Counted from the first letter of the stretch, positions 31,739 through 41,832 are shown. The stretch: DNA of 64,000 nt from a virus (IMGVR_UViG_3300044712_000786:138705-202704), one strand, 5' to 3'. Notes: generated by a model from the sequence alone, not told the origin. Numbers and translations: made by a program.

Positions 31739-32298
31739 TAGAAGACATCCAGAATAACGCTTCTAGTGATAGTCTTAAAGAACTAACTAGCAGATATTCC
31801 CCCGTTTGTTACAAACTATACGAGAGGTTTTCTTCTAGATTAGGTCAAAAAGGCTATTATTCAAAGGATTTTGACTCAGATAAAGACTATTTGATTTGGA
31901 AAGCGGCGTCTTCTTATGAAAAGGGAAAATCTAAATTTATTACTTGGCTGTGGGTTGGAGTAGTCTTTCATTTTAAATCGGTCTTAAGGAAGAGGCGTCA
32001 TTTAGTGTCTATTGATTCTGATGAGCTAATATCTAAAGCTGAGTCTATTAGCTATAATCCCGATATGGAAGATGGAACAGAGGAATACGTTTTATCAATA
32101 TTGGACAAACTTAACGATAAGCGTGTAAAGACTATCTACCAAATGAGATACTTTAATAAAGAAAATAGAGAAGCTCCTTGGAGAGAAATCGCAAAGGAAC
32201 TGGATTTAAGCATTCAGGGGGCTATTAATATACATAAATCCGCTAAGAAATATTTGAAACACGCATTGACAAGGGAAGAAAACATTACTAATATTTAA
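31705..32298 (+). CDS. sigma70-family sigma factor-like protein
   Basis: Region 2-like IWKAASSYEKGKSKFITW; region 4 HTH REIAKELDLSIQGA. Confidence 0.75.
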   Translation: MDYSKFSDAELIEDIQNNASSDSLKELTSRYSPVCYKLYERFSSRLGQKGYYSKDFDSDKDYLIWKAASSYEKGKSKFITWLWVGVVFHFKSVLRKRRHLVSIDSDELISKAESISYNPDMEDGTEEYVLSILDKLNDKRVKTIYQMRYFNKENREAPWREIAKELDLSIQGAINIHKSAKKYLKHALTREENITNI

Positions 32299-32300
32299 AT

Positions 32301-32612
32301 ATGGCTAATACATTTGATAAAAAAAGAATCGGCTCTATATGGGCTAAGAAAAGCAAAGCTGGAAATGATTATTTTTCTGGGCTAATTGAAGTCGATGGAA
32401 AAGAAGTCAACTTCATTGCTTTCTCTAACAAAACTCCTAACGGTCCTTCTAGCCCCGCTCATTTTATTTATGAGTCGGACCCTCTCCCCCCAAAGGAATC
32501 TAAGGGCGCTCCTACGACTGTGACGGGCAAGACGAAACCCGCTAAGGCTAAACCCGCTGCCCCTGCTGCTGAACCTGCTGCACCTTCTGAAGCTGACGAA
32601 ACTCCGCTATAA
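32301..32612 (+). CDS. putative ssDNA-binding (DUF736-like) protein
   Basis: IGSIWAKKSKAGNDYFSG...; Pro/Ala-rich linker and acidic tail. Confidence 0.5.
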   Translation: MANTFDKKRIGSIWAKKSKAGNDYFSGLIEVDGKEVNFIAFSNKTPNGPSSPAHFIYESDPLPPKESKGAPTTVTGKTKPAKAKPAAPAAEPAAPSEADETPL

Positions 32613-32613
32613 T

Positions 32614-33699
32614 ATGTCCAAATTTGCATTAAACGTCCCTATTAATTCGGTTTCTTTTGGAAACGTCTCCATAGCTATTTTAAGGGAGCTTTTCAATAGA
32701 GGCGAGACTCCTTCGGTCTTTCCTATCTCTTCTGTGGACATTTCTACTCAGAAACCCGATGAAAATTTTAATAGAACCCTGCAAATTTGCTTGGATAAAG
32801 CTCCCAGTTCTCATAGTAGAAAAACCCCCATTTTTAAGCTGTGGCATTTAAATGGGGGCTTTGAGTCTTTCAGTGACAAACAGGTTTTGATGACCTTTTA
32901 TGAGTTGGACTCTCCCACCAAGGAAGAGATTAACATCATTAACAATAATCACAAAGTATTAGTTACTTCCGAATACTGTAAGCGAGTATTTGAAGACGTA
33001 GGTCTGACCAATGTGGAATATGTGCCTTTAGCTTTTGACAGCTATAACTTTGGGGTAAAAGAACGCAAGCGTTTTAGTGACGATAGGATTGTTTTTAATC
33101 TAGTTGGTAAATTCGAGAAAAGAAAAAATCACGTTCCTGTCATTCAGTCTTGGCTAAAGAAATACGGAAATAATCCTAAATATTATTTGCAGTGCGCCAT
33201 CTATAATCCGTTTCTAAACCCAGAACAAAACCAAAGCGTTATTGCTCAGCTTCTTGGAGGGAAAAGATACGGGAATATTGAGTTTCTTAGTTCTATGCAG
33301 AGTAATGAGCTATATAATGAATACCTTAACTCTGGACATATTATATTGGCTATGAGCGGGGGTGAAGGTTTCGGACTACCAGAATTCCATTCTCTCGCTC
33401 TAGGCAAACATGCGGTAGTGCTTAATGCTCATGCCTATAAGTCTTGGGCTAACTCTAGTAACGCAGTCATGATTCAACCTTCGGGCAAAACCCCAGTCTA
33501 TGATAATGTGTTCTTCCAACAAGGTAGTCCCTTCAATCAGGGAAGCACCTTCATTTTTAATGAAGACGCCTTTATCGCTGGATGCGAAGCGGCTGTAGAG
33601 AGGTTCCGCTTACATCCCGTTAATACTGAAGGACTTAAGCTACAAGAAGAATTTACTTATTCGAAAACGGTAGATAAGATTTTAAAAGCTTTTAATTAA
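32614..33699 (+). CDS. GT4-family glycosyltransferase
   Basis: VGKFEKRKN; GEGFGLPEFHSLALG. Confidence 0.85.
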   Translation: MSKFALNVPINSVSFGNVSIAILRELFNRGETPSVFPISSVDISTQKPDENFNRTLQICLDKAPSSHSRKTPIFKLWHLNGGFESFSDKQVLMTFYELDSPTKEEINIINNNHKVLVTSEYCKRVFEDVGLTNVEYVPLAFDSYNFGVKERKRFSDDRIVFNLVGKFEKRKNHVPVIQSWLKKYGNNPKYYLQCAIYNPFLNPEQNQSVIAQLLGGKRYGNIEFLSSMQSNELYNEYLNSGHIILAMSGGEGFGLPEFHSLALGKHAVVLNAHAYKSWANSSNAVMIQPSGKTPVYDNVFFQQGSPFNQGSTFIFNEDAFIAGCEAAVERFRLHPVNTEGLKLQEEFTYSKTVDKILKAFN

Positions 33700-33700
33700 C

Positions 33701-34075
33701 ATGCCCTCGTATACTTATGAGAATCCCCTTACTGGGGAAACTAAAGATATCGTTCAGAGAATGAACGACCAGCATACCTATTTTGAAAATGGGGTTGAGT
33801 GGAAAAGGGTTTTTACTAAGCCTCAAGCTGCCATAGATACCCACATAAATCCCGAATCATCAAGGGATTTCGTAGATAAGATGGGGAGAAAAAAATGCAC
33901 GCTTGGCAACATGCAGGATGAATCGGCTGTCTTAAGTCAAAAACGAGAGAAGACGATGGGAAAGGACCCAGTAAAAGAGAAGTATTACGATAGCTACAGC
34001 AAGAAGCGAAAAGGGCGTCCTCATCCAGACCTTATTAAGAAAAAGACTTCCTCCACAATCGAAATCGAACTTTAA
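33701..34075 (+). CDS. FmdB-like small protein
   Basis: MPSYTYE...TGE...IVQRM. Confidence 0.55.
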   Translation: MPSYTYENPLTGETKDIVQRMNDQHTYFENGVEWKRVFTKPQAAIDTHINPESSRDFVDKMGRKKCTLGNMQDESAVLSQKREKTMGKDPVKEKYYDSYSKKRKGRPHPDLIKKKTSSTIEIEL

Positions 34076-34165
34076 TACACTAATTTTAAAGAACGATTTT
34101 TTATTAAGTAAATTTTTCTATTTTTTCTCACGAGGTATCGTCTCGTGATGTAATTTCCTATTACC

Positions 34166-36307
34166 ATGAATAAAGATATTGTAAGTTTTGCGGACGAGAT
34201 TTCGAATTTCATTTTTACCAGTAAATATAGTCGCTTCAACGAGAAGCTTGGAAGAAGAGAGACTTGGGAAGAAACCATAGGGCGTCTTGAGGACATGCAT
34301 TTAAGAAAATATTCTTATCTAAGTGACGAAGACAAACAAAAAATAAAATGGGCTTTTGATTTGGTCAGGGCAAAAAGAATTATCCCCTCTATGCGCTCTT
34401 TGCAATTCGGGGGAAAGGCCATTGAAGCTCATGAGCTTAGGCTATACAACTGCTGTATGCGTCATATAGATTCTATCCGCTCTTTTGCGGAAGTTATGTA
34501 TGCTTTATTAGCTGGCTGTGGTGTAGGTATTGGACTTTCCAAATATTTTTTGAAAAGACTCCCAGATTTAGTTAACGCTGATGATAAAACTGGCACAGTA
34601 TTAACCTATGTTATTGAGGATGATATAGAAGGATGGTCTGACTCAGTTGAAGCTCTTCTTAATTGTTATTTTAGAAATACACCCTATACGGGGAGGAAGA
34701 TAGTATTTGATTATTCTAGAATTCGTAAAAAGGGGGCAATTCTAAAAACTGGTGGAGGTAAAGCTCCCGGTTATCGAGGTTTAAAGAATACACATACTAA
34801 AATTAAGAAGCTGCTTGACCATATTATAGAAGATAAAGGCCAAATCAGGCTTAAGTCTATTGACGCTTACGATATTTTAATGCATTGCGCTGACGCTGTC
34901 TTATCGGGGGGAATTCGAAGAAGCGCCACTAGCGTAATGTTTGATGCTGATGATATGGATATGATGGATGCTAAAACGATGCTTAAAGCATCTAAGCATT
35001 CATTTATAGAAAAAGATGGCACGGTAACCTTAGGGGGCGTAGATTATCAACTTTATGTTTATAAAGTAATAGTAGACGGGCTATCATATGAAGTTAAGCT
35101 TAAGGAGTTTGAAGTAGATAATTTAAAAAAGAACGGTTTAATTAGTTGGCTCCATATACATCCGCAGCGTGGACGCTCTAATAACAGTGTTACTCTACTA
35201 AAAAGCGCTATTACTAAAAGTAAACTAAAGGAAATTATTGAACGCACTCGACAATTTGGGGAACCGGGATTTGCCCTAGTCACTCATATTCATCAACTTC
35301 TAAATCCATGCTTTGAGATATCCACTATTCCAGTTACCTCGGATGGGGTTTGCGGAATGCAAATGTGCAATCTAACAAGCGCTAATGGGGCTCTAATTGA
35401 CACGGTGGAAAAATTTAAAGAATGCGTAGAAGGAGAAGCAATTTTAGGGACTCTTCAGGCGGGGTATACTCATTTTCCTTACTTATCTAAAGCGGCTGAA
35501 GAACTAACCTCCGAAGAAGCCTTATTAGGGTGTTCTTTGACGGGTATGATGGATAACCCAGATATATTATTAAATCCCGAGAACCAGAGGGAAATGGCAA
35601 ATCTGGCAGTTAAGACTAATCAAATTTGGGCTAAAAAGCTTGGGATAAATCCAGCAGCTAGAGTTACTTGCAACAAACCTGAGGGCACGGGAACATTAGC
35701 TCTTAGTCAAGGGGAAACATTCGTAGCTTCTGGCATACACCCCCATCATGCCCCTAAATACTTTAGGAGGGTTCAGGCTAATACCACAGACCCAGTTTAT
35801 AAGTTTTTCAAAAAGCTTAATCCCCATGTGTGCGAAGCTTCGGTTTGGTCCGCTAATCATACTGATGATGTGATTACATTCCCCATAGAAATTAAGAAAA
35901 AGGCTATATTTAAGAATGACCTGTCCGCAATTGAACATTTAAAATTTATTAAATCAACTCAACAAAATTGGGTCATTTACGGCATAAGCCCTAGCAACAA
36001 AAAAATAATAAGTCATAACGTAAGTTGCACAGTTATTGTTAGAGAAAACGAGTGGGATAAAGTAATTGACTACTTATTTGATAATAAAGAGTTTTTTACT
36101 GCCGTATCTTTTATTTCCGCCAGCGGAGACAAAGATTACCCTCAGGCACCCATGGAAGCCGTTGTAAACGAACAAGATGAAAAGCGGTGGAACGACATAA
36201 TTTCTAACTTTAAACATGTCGATTATACCAAACTGAAGGAAGAAGAAGACAATACTACTTTAGCTCAAGAAGGAAGTTGTTACGGTGGAGCTTGTCAAAT
36301 TATCTAA
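34166..36307 (+). CDS. nrdJ: class II (B12-dependent) ribonucleotide reductase
   Basis: RRETWEET, PSMRSLQFGG, LYNC, GGIRRSA, NPCFEI, CNL, TCNKPEGT, C-terminal CYGGAC. Confidence 0.9.
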   Translation: MNKDIVSFADEISNFIFTSKYSRFNEKLGRRETWEETIGRLEDMHLRKYSYLSDEDKQKIKWAFDLVRAKRIIPSMRSLQFGGKAIEAHELRLYNCCMRHIDSIRSFAEVMYALLAGCGVGIGLSKYFLKRLPDLVNADDKTGTVLTYVIEDDIEGWSDSVEALLNCYFRNTPYTGRKIVFDYSRIRKKGAILKTGGGKAPGYRGLKNTHTKIKKLLDHIIEDKGQIRLKSIDAYDILMHCADAVLSGGIRRSATSVMFDADDMDMMDAKTMLKASKHSFIEKDGTVTLGGVDYQLYVYKVIVDGLSYEVKLKEFEVDNLKKNGLISWLHIHPQRGRSNNSVTLLKSAITKSKLKEIIERTRQFGEPGFALVTHIHQLLNPCFEISTIPVTSDGVCGMQMCNLTSANGALIDTVEKFKECVEGEAILGTLQAGYTHFPYLSKAAEELTSEEALLGCSLTGMMDNPDILLNPENQREMANLAVKTNQIWAKKLGINPAARVTCNKPEGTGTLALSQGETFVASGIHPHHAPKYFRRVQANTTDPVYKFFKKLNPHVCEASVWSANHTDDVITFPIEIKKKAIFKNDLSAIEHLKFIKSTQQNWVIYGISPSNKKIISHNVSCTVIVRENEWDKVIDYLFDNKEFFTAVSFISASGDKDYPQAPMEAVVNEQDEKRWNDIISNFKHVDYTKLKEEEDNTTLAQEGSCYGGACQII

Positions 36308-36312
36308 TACAG

Positions 36313-36319
36313 GTGTAAT
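36313..36319 (+). promoter_or_regulatory. GTGTAAT putative phage (late) promoter element
   Basis: Same heptamer 7-9 nt before ATG at 7480, 11456, 36313, 37311, 61593. Confidence 0.55.
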
Positions 36320-36328
36320 ATTATACAC

Positions 36329-36955
36329 ATGTTAGATAAGTTAAAGAATTTTTTCTTTAGTAAATTAAGCCGTTCTTTAGGCTTCCAAATGTTTTTTGTT
36401 TGGGCGCTCATATCGATGGCTCATTTTCTATATGAAAAACTTTACGAAACTAACGAGAAATACATAGATGACTTATTTTCTGGAGTAATTGTTTTATTTG
36501 CTTTGTCTTCTATAGGTATTTTTAATCTATTGAGAGTCAATCATTTATTACAAATAGAACTTAAGAAAAGTCAAGAATTGGACGAATTAAAACTATTCTG
36601 TAATTCAATACCAGAAATAGGATTTATTCTAAATCCAGACGGGGCAGTTATTTATGTCAATAGAAGATGGACAGATTTTACTGGTCTCGACCCTTCCGAA
36701 GCTTTAGGTTGGAAGTGGCGCGATATAATCCATCCAGAGGAACGTGACCACGTTGTAAGTATCTGGGCAGCACATACTTATAAGAAAACGGACTTCAGGA
36801 CAGAGCACCGAGTTAGAGATAAAGACGGGAAGTATTCTTGGTTCTTGGCTAAAGCAAGACCTATAATAGGGGATGATGGAAAAGTCCTAAAATGGTTTGG
36901 GACATTATCCAACATCCAAGATTATATGGAAGAGAAGCAAACCTTTTCGCCTTAA
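36329..36955 (+). CDS. membrane protein with stand-alone PAS domain
   Basis: Two TM segments then NPDGAVIYVNRRWTDFTG...IIHPEE...EHRVRDKDGKYSW...PI...KWFGT. Confidence 0.85.
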   Translation: MLDKLKNFFFSKLSRSLGFQMFFVWALISMAHFLYEKLYETNEKYIDDLFSGVIVLFALSSIGIFNLLRVNHLLQIELKKSQELDELKLFCNSIPEIGFILNPDGAVIYVNRRWTDFTGLDPSEALGWKWRDIIHPEERDHVVSIWAAHTYKKTDFRTEHRVRDKDGKYSWFLAKARPIIGDDGKVLKWFGTLSNIQDYMEEKQTFSP

Positions 36956-36957
36956 TT

Positions 36958-37311
36958 ATGGAAAACGATATTTCTAATAGAGTAGATGTTCTAGAATCTG
37001 GTCAAGGACAAATTCTTCAAATTCTTCAAAAAATTGAAAAAAGACTTATTGGTAATTTGGAAGAAGATAAACCGGGACTTATTGATGATGTAAGGGTTCT
37101 ACGTAAAACAATGGAATCAATTGATACTAGAATTATGAATATAGAGCGAGCTAACTTAATAAATAGAATCCAAACGCTAGAAACCGAGATTCAATCTCTT
37201 TCGACTAAAGTCGCAGAGCTAACTAAGTATCGTTTCATGGTTTACGGCGGTATCCTAGTAGTCGCCTTTATATTTAATAAAGCTTGGGATTATATTCAAA
37301 AGATAATTTAG
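36958..37311 (+). CDS. coiled-coil protein with C-terminal TM (holin-like)
   Basis: Heptad repeats then FMVYGGILVVAFIF. Confidence 0.5.
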   Translation: MENDISNRVDVLESGQGQILQILQKIEKRLIGNLEEDKPGLIDDVRVLRKTMESIDTRIMNIERANLINRIQTLETEIQSLSTKVAELTKYRFMVYGGILVVAFIFNKAWDYIQKII

Positions 37312-37324
37312 TGTAATCTTAGGT

Positions 37325-38107
37325 ATGAAGATTGCATTAATTTTAGCCCTCGCTCTTTCTATGCCTTTAGTTGGTTGCGTGCCTAGCCGTATTAAAGGCG
37401 GAACGGTAGAACATTATTCTACAACTGGCTCTAAAACGGTTCTCGTCCAGTCTGATGACCCTAAGGAAAGGTCTATGATAGATGGGGCATCTGAAAAATC
37501 TACAGAGTTCGTAATTCCCGCTGGAAGCGTTGTACAGCTTGAAGTGCCCCAAACTGTCCAATCTACCCCAAAGACTATTTTGAATTCACCCAAGGCTAAA
37601 CCTAGCTCAGTAGCTATGCCCCCAGTGCCTACCCCCCAAGTTATGAATGTCGTTCTTGCTTCCAACGCTGTGATGAAGACTTCTTCTAGGGATAGTATGA
37701 AAACGGTTTCGGGAGCGGCCCAAAAGAACGTAATTGGAGAAATGGGAGCTAAACTAGCTTCTTTAAGACCCGTCCAATTTGTGGGCGTTGCTTTATTGTT
37801 ATTTGGTCTAGCTTCTATGTTTTGGCTACCCTTAAGGGCGATTGTCGGTTCTCATACCACTAGTTTAGTTATTGCAGCTACGGGACTTGGGCTTATCGTC
37901 CTCCCTATTTTAATCGTGGGAAACGAGGTATTAATCCTTTTGATTGGATTGGGTTGTGCCGCAGGCTATTTCTTTGTCTATCGCTATTCTCAAGCGTCTA
38001 CCAAAGCCAAGGTTTATAAAGATTTTATTGACCTAAATGGTAATAAAGTAGATGACCGTTTAGAAAAACCTGAAGAAAAAGTAGAAACTTCCGCTCCAAA
38101 AGTGTAA
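37325..38107 (+). CDS. lipoprotein with C-terminal TM segments (u-spanin-like topology)
   Basis: Lipobox LVGC at Cys18; three hydrophobic segments near the C-terminus. Confidence 0.5.
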   Translation: MKIALILALALSMPLVGCVPSRIKGGTVEHYSTTGSKTVLVQSDDPKERSMIDGASEKSTEFVIPAGSVVQLEVPQTVQSTPKTILNSPKAKPSSVAMPPVPTPQVMNVVLASNAVMKTSSRDSMKTVSGAAQKNVIGEMGAKLASLRPVQFVGVALLLFGLASMFWLPLRAIVGSHTTSLVIAATGLGLIVLPILIVGNEVLILLIGLGCAAGYFFVYRYSQASTKAKVYKDFIDLNGNKVDDRLEKPEEKVETSAPKV

Positions 38108-38161
38108 GATATAGTAGACATTGACATATAAAATAGTAGGTCACAGACCGAAAAACTAAAC

Positions 38162-38209
38162 CTCCCCCGTCAATGCAGTTCCAAAAGAATTAATTGGGGG
38201 AGCTTTTTT
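38162..38209 (+). terminator. terminator-like stem with large loop
   Basis: CTCCCCC/GGGGGAG followed by CTTTTTT. Confidence 0.55.
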
Positions 38210-38212
38210 CTC

Positions 38213-38241
38213 TTGAAATCTCTCTAATAGCCTTTTATAAT
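38213..38241 (+). promoter_or_regulatory. sigma70-type promoter of the glycosylation cluster
   Basis: TTGAAA-N17-TATAAT, 5 nt before ATG. Confidence 0.7.
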
Positions 38242-38246
38242 AGGGT

Positions 38247-38624
38247 ATGGTTATTAATGTAACAAAACCCGAAAGGCATGAAAAAGCTTGGGGCTGGGAA
38301 GATTGGATTATTAATTCAAGTCTATTCGGTTATTGTGGCAAAATACTTCATTTCCATCAAGGGGGAAAGTTTAGCCTCCACTTTCATAACATTAAACATG
38401 AAAGTTGGTATGTTATTAGCGGCTCATTCAATTTAATTACAATTGACCCAGATAATGCTGAAAAGCGGATTACTTTTATTAAAAAAGGAGATTGTATTAT
38501 AATTCCTCAATGCCACCCTCATCAGTTAGAGGCTCTAGAAGAGTCTGAGATTTTTGAATGTTCTACCATTCATTATGAAACGGATAGCTATAGAATAGAA
38601 AAAGGGGATAGTCAGAAACTCTAA
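38247..38624 (+). CDS. cupin (sugar isomerase-like)
   Basis: KAWGWE, SLHFH..KHESWYV, HPHQL. Confidence 0.8.
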   Translation: MVINVTKPERHEKAWGWEDWIINSSLFGYCGKILHFHQGGKFSLHFHNIKHESWYVISGSFNLITIDPDNAEKRITFIKKGDCIIIPQCHPHQLEALEESEIFECSTIHYETDSYRIEKGDSQKL

Positions 38625-38632
38625 TTAATTTC

Positions 38633-39424
38633 ATGAAAATCAGTATCTATAGCACGGCCTTTAATATAGTCAAACATAACTTTGATTATATGGGGGCTAT
38701 TCGAAACTGGCTATTCTTTGCGGACGAAGTGGTTATCGCAGTGAATACCTCGACTGATAATACTCTTGAGGTTTTACGGAACAGTGTCCCCGATAATGTT
38801 AAGCTGGTCCCTACGGAGATTTCTTACGATGACCCTCTTTGCTATGGTAAAATAGAAAACTCAGCTTTACAAGCCTGTTCTGGAGATATCTTAATTCAGC
38901 AAAATTTAGACGAGCGTTTGAGCGCCGACAAAGAAACTCTAGTAAATCTATGCTTGATTTTACTAAATCATCCTCAATATTATTCCTATTTTGTTCCGAC
39001 TATTGATTTATTTGGGGATACTAACAAATACATTAATATAGGAAGGAAGTGGTATATTCATAAGCGTGGGTTAAAGCGCGGAGCAGTTAATTTTGGATTA
39101 AAAACTAATGGTCGCCCCGATTATAATAAGACCAGCACTGATGAACTTACAGATTTCCAAGGTAATTTATTACCTACATACCCACTAATTACAGACTTAT
39201 CTTTAGAAAATTTAAAAGCATATCAGGAAGCAGGATATCCTCTAGTTTTTCATTTAGGTTATCTTAATTTAAATGACCGCTTAGAGAGGGCTATATGGTG
39301 GAAAGATTTTTGGAACAAAGCGACTGGTGGAGACGAAAATACTCATCCTACTAAGATGGAAGAATTAGTCAATAAATCAGTTTTTAATCACGAACTCAAA
39401 TTATGGCCAGCAATTACGATTTAA
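38633..39424 (+). CDS. GT2-like glycosyltransferase
   Basis: FADEVVIAVN.S.D.T, N.ALQAC.GD...DE. Confidence 0.7.
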   Translation: MKISIYSTAFNIVKHNFDYMGAIRNWLFFADEVVIAVNTSTDNTLEVLRNSVPDNVKLVPTEISYDDPLCYGKIENSALQACSGDILIQQNLDERLSADKETLVNLCLILLNHPQYYSYFVPTIDLFGDTNKYINIGRKWYIHKRGLKRGAVNFGLKTNGRPDYNKTSTDELTDFQGNLLPTYPLITDLSLENLKAYQEAGYPLVFHLGYLNLNDRLERAIWWKDFWNKATGGDENTHPTKMEELVNKSVFNHELKLWPAITI

Positions 39425-40185
39425 ATTTATGTGTTTTTATTACTACCAGAGGCCATTATGGTAGAAAAGACATTTATAAGACATCCGTTCCTAATCTATT
39501 TAGCAAAATAGAAAAGTCCTTTTTCAAAGATAGGATAGTCCATATTAAGCGTTTTGACGGCGATGATGACGTATATCGGGAGATGTTTCAATTTTTCTTC
39601 GCGATGGGCTTTTATATTATTGAATCTAAATATGAGTCTTCAGGTAAAGAGTTAGCTGTCTACCATAACGAATATCAGAAGGATATTGTAAAGATGTTTG
39701 AGAATGAGAGGGTTCAGTCTAACGAATTCTCTCTTTGGTTCGAAGACGATTGGATTATTAAGTATAAGGAGCGGTCTTTAGACTCTTATTTGACTCATGG
39801 GTGTTCGTCATTGAGAAAAAACAAAGACTTGTTATCAGTCAGGATTAACTGTGAAGCCCCAGAAAGTCCAGATAAAACCGTCCGTTACGATGAATATCTT
39901 CTTCTTCAAAACGTAAACTATACACAATGGGGACCTACCTTCACTTTTCAGCCGACTATTATAAGAAGCAGGGACGCGATGCTAGCTTATAGGATTATTC
40001 AAGAAAATCAACAATCGATTGGACATCTTCATATAGAGCTACAGTCTGGATTAGGATTTAAACGTCTAAGTCGTAGTAATACTCCTTTCGCCTTTTACGA
40101 TATGGACAAATTAAGGTGCTTCCATATCGGTTCGTCGCCATTTGAACAGACCTTAGATAACGAGGGAAAATTAGTATGCCAATAA
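39403..40185 (+). CDS. GT-A fold glycosyltransferase-like protein
   Basis: WFEDDW, FTFQP; cluster context. Confidence 0.6.
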   Translation: MASNYDLNLCVFITTRGHYGRKDIYKTSVPNLFSKIEKSFFKDRIVHIKRFDGDDDVYREMFQFFFAMGFYIIESKYESSGKELAVYHNEYQKDIVKMFENERVQSNEFSLWFEDDWIIKYKERSLDSYLTHGCSSLRKNKDLLSVRINCEAPESPDKTVRYDEYLLLQNVNYTQWGPTFTFQPTIIRSRDAMLAYRIIQENQQSIGHLHIELQSGLGFKRLSRSNTPFAFYDMDKLRCFHIGSSPFEQTLDNEGKLVCQ

Positions 40186-40991
40186 TTCTTGTGACAGGAG
40201 GGGCTGGATTTTTAGGCCAAGCTCTAGTAGACAAACTTTATAAACTAGACTGTACAGTAAGGGTTATGTCTCGTAATGAAAGTAGTCTTAATAACTTAAA
40301 GGTTAAATATCCCAAGGTAGAATTGTTCTGCGGGGATGTTTCGGATGAATATTCCGTTAAGAACGCTTGCAGAGGGGTAGACTCGCTTTTCCATCTAGCT
40401 GCTTTTAAGCACGTATCTCTAGCCGAAAAGTTTCCAATGGAATGTATAAAGTCTAACGTCATAGGGAGCTTGAACCTATTAAAGGAGAGCGTCAATCAGA
40501 AGATGAGGCGAGCCTTTTTTGTTAGCACAGATAAGGCATTTACTTTAAAAGGTAATTATAGCATATCTAAATTCCTAATGGAACAAATGGTCAGAGAATA
40601 CTCTACCCTGAATCCAGATACGACTTATCAAATAATTCGGTTTGGTAACCTATTATACTCTTCTGGTTCTGTCCTATGCTACTGGAAGGATGAATTACTT
40701 AAGGGTAGAGATATTAAACTTACTGACCCCGAAGCGGTTAGATTCTTCTTATCTAAGGAGCAAGCCGTTGATTTCATTTACAAACAAATGGATAGCGAAG
40801 AGTTTCTAACTAGCCCTAAAATAAAAAGTGTTAAGATGGGCAGGTTAGCCCAAGCGATGATTAAGAAATATAATCCCAATCAGTCTTACAAGATTATAGG
40901 CTTGCAAGCTGGGGAAAGTCTAAGCGAAAAGATTAATGAAGAAAACACTTACGAGGAATATACAGACGAAGAGATATTTTCGATGATATAA
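40176..40991 (+). CDS. UDP-sugar 4,6-dehydratase-like (PseB/Polysacc_synt_2)
   Basis: TGGAGFLG, HLAAFKHV, VSTDKA, YSISK, RFGN, GESLSE. Confidence 0.85.
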   Translation: MPIILVTGGAGFLGQALVDKLYKLDCTVRVMSRNESSLNNLKVKYPKVELFCGDVSDEYSVKNACRGVDSLFHLAAFKHVSLAEKFPMECIKSNVIGSLNLLKESVNQKMRRAFFVSTDKAFTLKGNYSISKFLMEQMVREYSTLNPDTTYQIIRFGNLLYSSGSVLCYWKDELLKGRDIKLTDPEAVRFFLSKEQAVDFIYKQMDSEEFLTSPKIKSVKMGRLAQAMIKKYNPNQSYKIIGLQAGESLSEKINEENTYEEYTDEEIFSMI

Positions 40992-41006
40992 ATATCAACG
41001 AATTCA

Positions 41007-41035
41007 TTGACATATCCCCAAAACATGCGGATAAT
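41007..41035 (+). promoter_or_regulatory. sigma70-type promoter
   Basis: TTGACA-N17-GATAAT. Confidence 0.6.
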
Positions 41036-41066
41036 AAAATAGTGGGCATTTACAATTTAGGCAACT

Positions 41067-41831
41067 ATGGAAAATAACGTAATAAATTATTGTCAGGAGA
41101 CTAAGTCAATTAATACATTAACTATAGATGGGGAGAAGGTATGTATTATGACATTTTACGGGGACGGAGGAAGGCAAGCTCAAGAAATTGAGAGACATAA
41201 GAAAGTGATGGAATATCAACAAAAGGTATTTAGGCACTTCAATATCCCCATTAACTACGTATACAACAACTTCAATTATTATAATTTTGGTCAGATATTA
41301 GATAGTTTCGTTCAAAATACCGCGAATCTCGTAGATTATTGGATTCACTTTGATATTGACGCTATTCCTTTAAGGATGGAAGTCATTCGCGAAATTTATA
41401 ATAAAATCAAGGATAAAAAAACTATTTGGGGAATAGCCTCTCAGTCGAACCACATTATTAAAGCAAACGGAACCAAGCAACACGCATATTGTAATTCTGC
41501 TGCTTTTGGTCTAGCCTCCGACTTCTGGAGGAAACTCGGACAGCCTAGCTTTCACCATACTGATAGGGGCGACGTAGCAGAAGAAATTACATGGAGGGCT
41601 CAAGAATTGGGATATAGTATCGACCTAGTCTATCCGAAGTCTTCGGAAACATTGACTGAAGAAGAGAAGACGAAGTATGGGGTAGCCCCCTTCTCTGATT
41701 TGGATAATGGGTTTAGATTTGGTATGGGAGGCACGTTTTCTGATATGGTTTATCACGCTACAGTTCAAATCGTACCCAGAAGCACTGATTTATTTGTAGC
41801 TAAATGTGAAGAAGTAATGAGGGGTAATTAA
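41067..41831 (+). CDS. glycosyltransferase-like protein
   Basis: FDIDAIPL (DxD); RGDVAEE; cluster context. Confidence 0.6.
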   Translation: MENNVINYCQETKSINTLTIDGEKVCIMTFYGDGGRQAQEIERHKKVMEYQQKVFRHFNIPINYVYNNFNYYNFGQILDSFVQNTANLVDYWIHFDIDAIPLRMEVIREIYNKIKDKKTIWGIASQSNHIIKANGTKQHAYCNSAAFGLASDFWRKLGQPSFHHTDRGDVAEEITWRAQELGYSIDLVYPKSSETLTEEEKTKYGVAPFSDLDNGFRFGMGGTFSDMVYHATVQIVPRSTDLFVAKCEEVMRGN

Positions 41832-41832
41832 T

